Source: Rhodoferax sp. (GTDB taxonomy: Bacteria > Pseudomonadota > Gammaproteobacteria > Burkholderiales > Burkholderiaceae_C). Taken from it: a stretch of 41,870 nt of DNA. The translations under genes were made by a program, and so were the position numbers. Under the pieces are notes generated by a model. The model did no database searches. It was not told where the DNA came from and worked only from the letters and a program-made list of their open reading frames with translations. The DNA lies in NCBI GenBank assembly GCA_020048255.1, contig JAIFMR010000203.1, forward strand, positions 1-41,870. The letters are read 5' to 3'. This document shows, one piece after another, positions 31,564 through 39,375 of the stretch. Position 1 is the first letter of the stretch, and every line of letters starts with the position of its first letter.

Positions 31564-32850
31564 TTATTTATTTAACCGATTGATGCCCAAAAGACCCATG
31601 ATGTACTTCTCGTAGATGGGCTCAGATGTGCCCTTTTTAAGCTTGCGCATGAAGTATTTTTCGTAGGCAATTTTGGCCAGGTGCACCCACTTGCCTTTCT
31701 TGAACCAATTTACATTGCGCGGGGGGATCTGAGGTAAAGCCACAAAAGCGGCGCCCGTGTCACCCATGTCGGCCAGGCAGACGGCATTCCAGGTGCCCTT
31801 GGCAACGGCTGACTTGCCTACCAACTCATCGGCAAGATTGTGGCAAATGGCCGTCATCATGCTCTCGATCATGTAACCAGTTTTCGGCGTGCCGGTGGCC
31901 ACCGGCGTCACCTCAACGGGCGGAATCGCAACGCATACACCAGCTGAGAAGATGTTGCGATACGCCTTGCTGCGCTGGAATTCATCGATCAGGACCATGC
32001 CGCGCGGATTGCACAGCTTGGGCACCGCAGCCACCGCATCCACACCCTTGAAAGCCGGCAGCATCATGGACAACTTGAAGCCGACTTCGTGGTCTTTCAA
32101 CGGGTTCCCCTGGTCGTCGAGTTGCGTCACAAACATCTTGCCCTCTTCAACCCGGGTGGTTTTGGCGTTGGTGATCCACTTCATGTCACGCCCACGCAGT
32201 TCGGACTCCAGCATCGATTTGCTGTCACCCACACCGCCCAGACCCAGGTGCCCAATGTAGGGCTCGGACGTCACAAAGGTCATGGGGACTTTGTGCCGCA
32301 ATTTACGACGGCGCAAATCAGTGTCCAGAATAAAGGCGAACTCGTACGCTGGACCAAAACAACTCGCGCCGGGCATGGCGCCAATCACCAACGGACCCGG
32401 GTTCTCCAGAAATTTTTGGTAGTCTGCAAAAAAGGCCTGCGCGTGGTCGATGTGACAAATCGAGTGGGTCATGCCACCACCGCCCGAGGCGACGGGCCCG
32501 GCTCCCGCCACTTCATCAAATGCCAGTTTGGGGCCAGTAGCAATCACCAGATAGTCGTAATCCAGCGTTTCCCCGTCCACCAGTGTGAGTTTGTTGGCAT
32601 CGGCGTCAATGACCGTTACCGCCTTGGCAATGAACCCGATCTTTTTACGGGTCAGGTAGGGTGCAATCGGCAGCGTGACGGCTTCGCGGTCGCGCCAACC
32701 CACAGCAACCCACGGGTTACTGGGCACAAATTGAAAATAGTCCGTGGTGTTGACGACCGTGATGCGATGCTCCGGGGGAAGCATTTCACGCAGTTCATAG
32801 GCTGCAGGCATACCACCGATGCCTGCTCCCATGATGACGATATGAGCCAT
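31564..32850 (-). CDS. sqr: sulfide:quinone oxidoreductase (type I / SqrA-like)
   Basis: FAD motif GAGIGG, FVPSNPW, three catalytic-type Cys (HSIC, GASCFGPAYE, NAVCLADMG), EPYIGHLGLGGVG, PKTGYMIESM, KWVHLAKIAYEKYF. Confidence 0.92.
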   Translation of the reverse strand: MAHIVIMGAGIGGMPAAYELREMLPPEHRITVVNTTDYFQFVPSNPWVAVGWRDREAVTLPIAPYLTRKKIGFIAKAVTVIDADANKLTLVDGETLDYDYLVIATGPKLAFDEVAGAGPVASGGGGMTHSICHIDHAQAFFADYQKFLENPGPLVIGAMPGASCFGPAYEFAFILDTDLRRRKLRHKVPMTFVTSEPYIGHLGLGGVGDSKSMLESELRGRDMKWITNAKTTRVEEGKMFVTQLDDQGNPLKDHEVGFKLSMMLPAFKGVDAVAAVPKLCNPRGMVLIDEFQRSKAYRNIFSAGVCVAIPPVEVTPVATGTPKTGYMIESMMTAICHNLADELVGKSAVAKGTWNAVCLADMGDTGAAFVALPQIPPRNVNWFKKGKWVHLAKIAYEKYFMRKLKKGTSEPIYEKYIMGLLGINRLNK

Positions 32851-32864
32851 GTTGTCTCCTGATG

Positions 32865-35800
32865 TTATGAAAGATGACCGACAGAAACAGCCGCGTCTGT
32901 GTGCGGCTTGATACGGCGCCAGTACAGCGCGTAATACAGTACCGGAATGACCACCAAGGTGAGTACGGTGGATACCAAAATACCAAAAATCAGCGAGATC
33001 GCCAGACCATTGAAGATTGGATCATCCAAAATAAAGAAGGCACCGATCATGGCCGCCAAACCGGTCAGGGCGATGGGTTGGGCACGCACTGCGGCCGATT
33101 GAACAACCGCGTCTTTGAAGTCCACTCCTTGAGAGATCTGCAGCTCAATGAAGTCCACCAGCAAAATCGAATTGCGCACGATGATGCCTGCCAGCGCAAT
33201 CATGCCAATCATGGACGTGGCGGTGAACTGCGCTCCCAGCAAAGCATGACCGGGCATGACACCGATGATGGTCAGTGGAATCGGTGCCATGATCACCAGC
33301 GGCGTCAAATAACTTTTGAACTGTGCCACCACCAGCAGGTAAATCAGAATCAAGCCGACGCCGTACGCTGCACCCATGTCACGGAAAGTTTCATAGGTGA
33401 TCTGCCACTCGCCATCCCACTTGATGGAATACTGCCGATACGGGTCCGACGGCTGGTTAATCCAGTATTCACCGAGTTCACCGGTGCCGGGCAGCGCCGC
33501 CTCAGCCAAGTGTGTACGAATATCAAACAGCCCATACAAAGGGGAATCAAGCTTGCCTGACATGTCTCCGTACACATAACTCACAGCCTGCAAATCCTTG
33601 GTGAACAAGGGTTTGTCAATGATGCCGTATTCCACCTGAACCAACTCGGACAGGGGCACCAACTTGCCATTGGCAGCACGCATGGGCAGCGCCAAAATCG
33701 CCTCCAGACCGACCTGGTCTGCCAAAGGCAACTGCAGGCGCACGGGCACCGGGTATTTGGTCTGCTCATCATGCAAGAAGGCGACATCGGAGCCCGACAG
33801 GGCCATCGCTGCCGTTTGGGCAATGGCCGCCACCGGTATCCCCAGGGACTCAGCGCGCTGACGCTGCACCCGCAGATAAGCGCGCGGCGCGTTCGCCTGC
33901 AGCGAGGTGTCCACACCCACAATGTCTGGCGTTTTGGTAAAGGCCTGCGCAATGCGCGCAGCCAACTGCTGACGACCCGCTTCATCTGGGCCATACACCT
34001 CTGCCACCAACGGCGACATCACCGGAGGGCCGGGTGGCACCTCGACCACTTTGATGCGCGCGCGATGGCGCTGACCGATATTTTCCAACTCGGGGCGCAA
34101 ACGCTGTGCAATGGCGTGACTTTGGTCGTCGCGATGATGCTTGTCGACCAGGTTCACCTGCAAATCGCCCTGCTCGGCATCCGCTCGCAAGTAGTACTGG
34201 CGCACCAGCCCGTTGAAAGTGATCGGCGACGCCGTGCCAGCATAGGCCTGCAGGTTGAGCACCTCGGGCTGTTTGGACAAGTACGCCCCCAGCTCGTGCA
34301 ACACGGCTGCGGTGTTTTCAAGGGGCGTGCCACTGGGCATTTCAACCACCACCTGGAACTCGCTCTTGTTGTCAAACGGCAGCATCTTCAAAACCACCCA
34401 TTGCACCAGGGTCAAGCCCACCGACAACAGCAGTGCCACCACAATGCCGATCAATAAGAGCCAACGCTTGCGGGCACTCTCCAGAAACGGTGTCAGCACC
34501 CGTGCAAACAGCCTTTGCAGCTTGGAGCTCATCCCGGAGGCCTTCTCCGGCGTGTGTGCTGCATCATGCTGGCGCATCAATTTGAGTGCCAGCCAGGGCG
34601 TGATGGTGAAAGCGATGCCCAAAGAAATCGCCATGCCCAAGCTGGCATTGATCGGGATGGGGCTCATGTACGGCCCCATGAGTCCACTGACAAAAGCCAT
34701 CGGCAACAAGGCCGCAATCACCGTCAGGGTGGCCAAAATGGTCGGCCCGCCCACCTCGTCCACAGCAACCGGAATGATCTGGCGCAGGGTATCGTGGGGC
34801 CTGAGCTGCTGGTGCCGGTGTATGTTCTCCACCACCACAATCGCGTCATCAACCAAAATACCGATCGAAAAAATCAGCGCAAACAGCGACACCCGGTTTA
34901 AAGTGAAGCCCCAGGCCCAGGACGCAAACAAGGTGGCCATCAGCGTCAAAATGACTGCAGCGCCGACAATCACCGCCTCGCGGCGACCCAGGGCAAAACC
35001 CACCAGCAAAATCACCGAACCCGTGGCAAAAGCCAGCTTCTGAATCAGCTTATTGGCTTTTTCTGCGGCAGTTTCACCGTAATCACGGGTGATGGTGGTT
35101 TGAATATCGGCGGGAATCACCGAATTGCTCAACTCAGCAATACGGGCGCGTACCGCACTCGACACATCCACCGCGTTGGTCCCAGGTTTCTTGGTGACAG
35201 TCAGCGTCAATGCCGGATAAACACCGCCCGCCTCGCCAGCGGAAGGAGCCACTGCCATGCCCGGGCCAGATGCACCCGCCCCTGGCGTGAACCAGACGTA
35301 GCGCAAGGGTTGCTGCGCGCCGGTCTCAATGCGCGCGACCTCCCGCAAAAAAACCGGCGCGCCTTTGCTGACACCGACCACCAGGTCACCCACATCTTCA
35401 GCCGAGCGCAAAAACTCGCCGGTTTCCACCCGCAACATTTGCCCCTGGGTGCCACTTGTATCAAACACCACGCCCGCAGGCATACTGACATTGGCACCGG
35501 CCAACATGTTTTTGAGCGATAACAGGTCAACCCCGCGCTCACGCAGGCGAGCCGGATCAAGCCAGACATGCACGGCACGGCCCGGGCCGCCAATGGTCTG
35601 CACTTCACGGGTGCCGGGCACACGCTTGATTTCGGCCTCCATCGTGTGTGCAATGCGTTCCAGGTCCGCTGCAGCCGTCTCGCCCCGACTCCACATCGTC
35701 ACCGCCAGAACCGGAACGTCATCAATCCCTTTGGGTTTGACAATCGGGCTCAAGGTGCCCAGGTCGCGCGGCAGCCAGTCCTGGTTTGCATTGAGCACAT

Positions 35801-36161
35801 CGTACAAACGCACCAGCGCCTCGGTGCGTGGCACACCCACCTTGAACTGCACCGTCATCAGTGCCATGCCAGGCCGGGCCACGGAATAGGTGTGCTCAAT
35901 GTCGGCTATTTGACTCAGCACCTGCTCCGCCGGACGCGCCACCATATTCTGCACATCGACACTGCTGGCACCCGGAAACGGAATCAGCACGTTGGCCATG
36001 GTGACGTTGATCTGCGGTTCCTCTTCGCGCGGTGTCACCAGCACAGAGAACAAGCCCAGCAACAAGGCCAGCAGCGCCAGCAAGGGCGTGATGGTGTTGA
36101 GCTTGAACGCCCGGGCCAGTTGCCCAGACACCCCCAGCTTCGGATGTTTATGCATACTCAT
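32865..36161 (-). CDS. RND efflux transporter permease (AcrB/CusA superfamily)
   Basis: 1098 aa; TPREEEPQI, TM4 GILVDDAIVVVENI, GIIVRNSILLVDF; two large periplasmic loops. Confidence 0.93.
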   Translation of the reverse strand: MSMHKHPKLGVSGQLARAFKLNTITPLLALLALLLGLFSVLVTPREEEPQINVTMANVLIPFPGASSVDVQNMVARPAEQVLSQIADIEHTYSVARPGMALMTVQFKVGVPRTEALVRLYDVLNANQDWLPRDLGTLSPIVKPKGIDDVPVLAVTMWSRGETAAADLERIAHTMEAEIKRVPGTREVQTIGGPGRAVHVWLDPARLRERGVDLLSLKNMLAGANVSMPAGVVFDTSGTQGQMLRVETGEFLRSAEDVGDLVVGVSKGAPVFLREVARIETGAQQPLRYVWFTPGAGASGPGMAVAPSAGEAGGVYPALTLTVTKKPGTNAVDVSSAVRARIAELSNSVIPADIQTTITRDYGETAAEKANKLIQKLAFATGSVILLVGFALGRREAVIVGAAVILTLMATLFASWAWGFTLNRVSLFALIFSIGILVDDAIVVVENIHRHQQLRPHDTLRQIIPVAVDEVGGPTILATLTVIAALLPMAFVSGLMGPYMSPIPINASLGMAISLGIAFTITPWLALKLMRQHDAAHTPEKASGMSSKLQRLFARVLTPFLESARKRWLLLIGIVVALLLSVGLTLVQWVVLKMLPFDNKSEFQVVVEMPSGTPLENTAAVLHELGAYLSKQPEVLNLQAYAGTASPITFNGLVRQYYLRADAEQGDLQVNLVDKHHRDDQSHAIAQRLRPELENIGQRHRARIKVVEVPPGPPVMSPLVAEVYGPDEAGRQQLAARIAQAFTKTPDIVGVDTSLQANAPRAYLRVQRQRAESLGIPVAAIAQTAAMALSGSDVAFLHDEQTKYPVPVRLQLPLADQVGLEAILALPMRAANGKLVPLSELVQVEYGIIDKPLFTKDLQAVSYVYGDMSGKLDSPLYGLFDIRTHLAEAALPGTGELGEYWINQPSDPYRQYSIKWDGEWQITYETFRDMGAAYGVGLILIYLLVVAQFKSYLTPLVIMAPIPLTIIGVMPGHALLGAQFTATSMIGMIALAGIIVRNSILLVDFIELQISQGVDFKDAVVQSAAVRAQPIALTGLAAMIGAFFILDDPIFNGLAISLIFGILVSTVLTLVVIPVLYYALYWRRIKPHTDAAVSVGHLS

Positions 36162-36162
36162 C

Positions 36163-37245
36163 TCACTGCGCAGCTGCAGGCGCCGGGGCGGCGACCTGTG
36201 CCCCCTTCAAACCTGCATTGACCGGGTTCAGCGCAACGCGGTCGGCTTCAGTCAGCCCCGCCAGCACTTCCACGCCCTGGCTGCCATGATCCGCACCCAG
36301 ACGCACCGCCTTCAACGCAAAGCCCTGGCCCACCACCACATACACGGCCGTCAATTCACCGCGGCGCAACACGGCCGCACCCGGCACCACCAAGCGCCGG
36401 TCCTGACCTGCCGCAAACCGGACACGAATCTGTTGGCCCGGGGTGAGCCCCTGCGCTGATTGCACCGGCAGATCAAGCCGCCACTCAATGGTTTGCGACA
36501 CCGGATCAGCACTCGGGAGTTGCTGCGTCAGCGTCGGACGAACCCACTGCTGTGCGCCATCGGCAGTCGGCACCTGAACTTCAACCGTCATGCCACCCGA
36601 TAGGGACTTGGATCGTGACACCGGAACCTGCACCACTGCACGCAGGGGCGATGGTGCATACAAGCTCAGCAAAGGCTTGCCTGGCAGCGCCAGGTCACCC
36701 ACCTCGGCTTCGGTCTGCCAAACCCAGGCATCAAACGGTGCTGTCACACGCGTAAATCCTTGCGACAGGCCGGCCTGCTTCATGGAAGCGTTGGCCTGGT
36801 CGCGTGCAGCCTGGGCCGATTTGAGTTGGGCCTGAGCTGAATCCAGCGCCGCCATGCTCACAAAACCTTGGGCACGCAAATCGCGCGTGCGGTCAAAACT
36901 GGCTTGGGCGTTGCTCAATTCAGCCTGCGCCTGGGCCACCTGCGCCTGACCGCGCTGCACCCCAGTTTGCGCTTCGCGATCATCCACCGTGGCCAGCAAT
37001 TGCCCCGCGCGCACTTTGTCGCCGGCTTTGACCAAGAGGGCGGTCAGCCGGCCGGACACTTGTGCCGACACCGTGCTTTGCTTGACCGGGTGCACCACCC
37101 CATCCATCTCAAAACCATGCCCCACCGCTTTGATCTGAACCGGAACAACGGGCACCTGAACACGGCCTTGAGCCAACGCGAATGAAGTCGAAAACAGTGC
37201 GGCCAGCAGCGTCAGGCTGAGCCGGCAAGTGGCACCGTGGATCGA
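36163..37245 (-). CDS. RND periplasmic adaptor (membrane fusion protein); start codon not identifiable
   Basis: Lipoyl/hairpin motifs VSAQVSGRL..LLVKAGDKVRAGQLL, coiled coil, TRVTAPFD. The frame is open to 37245 and encodes a signal-like RLSLTLLAALFSTSFALA, but the first ATG/GTG/TTG is at 37176, at the end of that signal. Confidence 0.85.
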   Translation of the reverse strand, partial: SIHGATCRLSLTLLAALFSTSFALAQGRVQVPVVPVQIKAVGHGFEMDGVVHPVKQSTVSAQVSGRLTALLVKAGDKVRAGQLLATVDDREAQTGVQRGQAQVAQAQAELSNAQASFDRTRDLRAQGFVSMAALDSAQAQLKSAQAARDQANASMKQAGLSQGFTRVTAPFDAWVWQTEAEVGDLALPGKPLLSLYAPSPLRAVVQVPVSRSKSLSGGMTVEVQVPTADGAQQWVRPTLTQQLPSADPVSQTIEWRLDLPVQSAQGLTPGQQIRVRFAAGQDRRLVVPGAAVLRRGELTAVYVVVGQGFALKAVRLGADHGSQGVEVLAGLTEADRVALNPVNAGLKGAQVAAPAPAAAQ

Positions 37246-37250
37246 TTATA
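37245..37250 (-). promoter_or_regulatory. consensus -10 box (TATAAT) upstream of the RND-sqr operon
   Basis: Exact TATAAT on the minus strand; no convincing -35. Confidence 0.45.
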
Positions 37251-37335
37251 TTAGAAGACCGCCTTTCGGCACGAATCTCCGAAGAAAGACCTCACTTCAA
37301 CTCGCAAAACCGCTCTGCACTGGCGCAGGCATGAC

Positions 37336-37827
37336 TCAAAACGGAATATCGTCGTCCATGTCATCAAAGCTACTGGCGGGTCGCGCAGCTGGCGCAGGTG
37401 CCGGGCGCGCAGCCGGGGCACTGGGGCGGGCCGCGGCTGGAGCTGGCCGGGAATACCCCCCACCTTCATCGTCGGCACTGGGCTCACCTCTGCCTTCGCG
37501 TCCACCCAGCAGTTGCATCTCATTGGCGATGATGTCGGTGGCGTATTTCTCAATGCCATCCTTGTCGGTGTACTTTCGCGTCTTGATGCGGCCTTCGACA
37601 TAAACCGGGTTGCCCTTTTTCAGATATTGGCTGGCAATTTCAGCCAGACGACCAAAAAATGTCACCCGGTGCCACTCGGTCTCTTCCACCATTTCACCGG
37701 TTTTGCCTTTGTAACGACTGCTGGTGGCGATGGTGATGTTGGCCACCGGGTCGCCGCTGGGCAAATAACGCACCTCGGGGTCGCGGCCCAGGTTGCCAAC
37801 AAGAATGACTTTATTTACAGAGGCCAT
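37336..37827 (-). CDS. ssb: single-stranded DNA-binding protein
   Basis: [25 protein letters not shown]-terminal DDDIPF. Confidence 0.98.
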   Translation of the reverse strand: MASVNKVILVGNLGRDPEVRYLPSGDPVANITIATSSRYKGKTGEMVEETEWHRVTFFGRLAEIASQYLKKGNPVYVEGRIKTRKYTDKDGIEKYATDIIANEMQLLGGREGRGEPSADDEGGGYSRPAPAAARPSAPAARPAPAPAARPASSFDDMDDDIPF

Positions 37828-37857
37828 GGTGATCCTAAATTGCAAACGATCACTTTA

Positions 37858-39051
37858 TCAGGCTTTGGCAGGGGGCAAAGAGCTGACCGACGCGGGCGCC
37901 TGCATCGGCCAGGCGACCAGCAACCACAAAATCATCAAAGCAGCACACCCGGCAAACAGAACACTGGCTCCACCATGCTTCATGACCCACCCGCCCACCA
38001 TGCCACCGGCAAAAAAACCCAGCGATTGCAATGTGTTGTACACCCCGATGGCCGCGCCCCGCGCCCGCGGCGGCGCCAGACGCGACACCATGCTGGGCTG
38101 ACTGGCTTCAAGCACATTGAAACCATAAAAAAACACAAACAACAAAGCACCCACCCCCATCAATCCGGGCGCGGACCCCACCTCAAGCCACAGACCGATC
38201 TCTACCAGAGCCAAGAGTCCGATCGACGTTAAGAACACGGCGCGCAAGTAGCCGCGCTTTTCCAGCTGAAACAAGCTGCCGCCCATCACCACAAAAGAGC
38301 CGAGAACCGCCGGCAGGTAGACCTGCCAATGGTGATCGCGTGCCAGCCCCGCCTGCACCAGCATGGCCGGCAGAGCCAGCCACATCGCCAGTTGCACCGC
38401 GTGCAACACAAACACGCCAAAGTTCAGCCGCAGCAGCGCGCTGGAGTGCAGCACATCCGCCAGGCGGCCACGGGGCTGATTCTTGTGCTCCAGCGGTTCT
38501 GGCGGAACCCACCAGATCACGGCAGCCACGCCCAAAACAGCCAGCAGCGCCGTCAAGCCAAAAATACCCACCAGCCCGATCCAGCCGGCCAACACGGGCG
38601 CGGCCACCAGCGACAGCGCAAACATCAAACCAATGCTGCCACCCACCAGCGCCATCGATTTGGTGCGCACCGCGTCACGCGTCTGGTCGGCCAGCAAGGC
38701 CGTCACCGCAGCCGATACCGCACCCGCACCCTGCACCGCACGCCCGATCGCCAACCACGTCAAGGTGGGCGCCAACGCCGCCACCAGGCTGCCCGCAGCA
38801 AACAGCAGCAAGCCAAAAACAATCACCGGCTTGCGGCCCAGCCGGTCAGAGGCCAGCCCGTAGGCAAACTGCAACAGGGCCTGTGTCAGGCCATAGATCC
38901 CCATGGTCAAACCGATCATGGCTGCGTCATCACCTCCCGGGTAACGCGCCGCCTCGATGGCAAAAACCGGCAGAATCAAAAACAGCCCCAGCATGCGCAA
39001 CCCGAAGATCGAGGCCAGCGACAAGCTGGCGCGCCATTCAAGTGCCGTCAT
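37858..39051 (-). CDS. MFS transporter, YajR-like
   Basis: LRMLGLFLILPV, motif A ASDRLGRKP, GRAVQGAGA, FNVLEASQPS; between ssb and uvrA. Start may be GTG 39096. Confidence 0.88.
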   Translation of the reverse strand: MTALEWRASLSLASIFGLRMLGLFLILPVFAIEAARYPGGDDAAMIGLTMGIYGLTQALLQFAYGLASDRLGRKPVIVFGLLLFAAGSLVAALAPTLTWLAIGRAVQGAGAVSAAVTALLADQTRDAVRTKSMALVGGSIGLMFALSLVAAPVLAGWIGLVGIFGLTALLAVLGVAAVIWWVPPEPLEHKNQPRGRLADVLHSSALLRLNFGVFVLHAVQLAMWLALPAMLVQAGLARDHHWQVYLPAVLGSFVVMGGSLFQLEKRGYLRAVFLTSIGLLALVEIGLWLEVGSAPGLMGVGALLFVFFYGFNVLEASQPSMVSRLAPPRARGAAIGVYNTLQSLGFFAGGMVGGWVMKHGGASVLFAGCAALMILWLLVAWPMQAPASVSSLPPAKA

Positions 39052-39334
39052 AACTGTCGAAGAGGAGGCGCTGGCAGAGACCAGAGCAGGGTTCACTTGA
39101 GACAAAGAATTTCTCCGAAAACACATCGACAACCCACACCGGGTTGCTGCGGCCGGATTGTCACTGATCAGGCTGGGTGCAGCGCGGTGAGGGTGCTGCG
39201 TGGCCAAATTGTGGTTTAGCGGGATAGGGCGCCACACTCAGCCGGGCATCAACCCCAAAGGATTGAACACACGACTTTGAATCGCACCCGGATTGGGCGG
39301 CAAAACTCCAGCTTGACTATCATGGTGGGTTTTC

Positions 39335-39350
39335 CGGTGTATTTTCACCG
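39335..39350. promoter_or_regulatory. possible degenerate LexA (SOS) box upstream of uvrA
   Basis: CGGT-GTATTTTC-ACCG, a symmetric variant of CTGT-N8-ACAG, 25 nt before the start codon. Confidence 0.3.
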
Positions 39351-39375
39351 CCCCTCATTTGTAAGCCGCCCCGCC

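Noticed and set aside
30930-37335. The RND-sqr block as a mobile element or genomic island
   Set aside because: No integrase, transposase, tRNA or flanking direct repeats seen, and composition looks similar to the neighbours. Accessory, but not demonstrably mobile.
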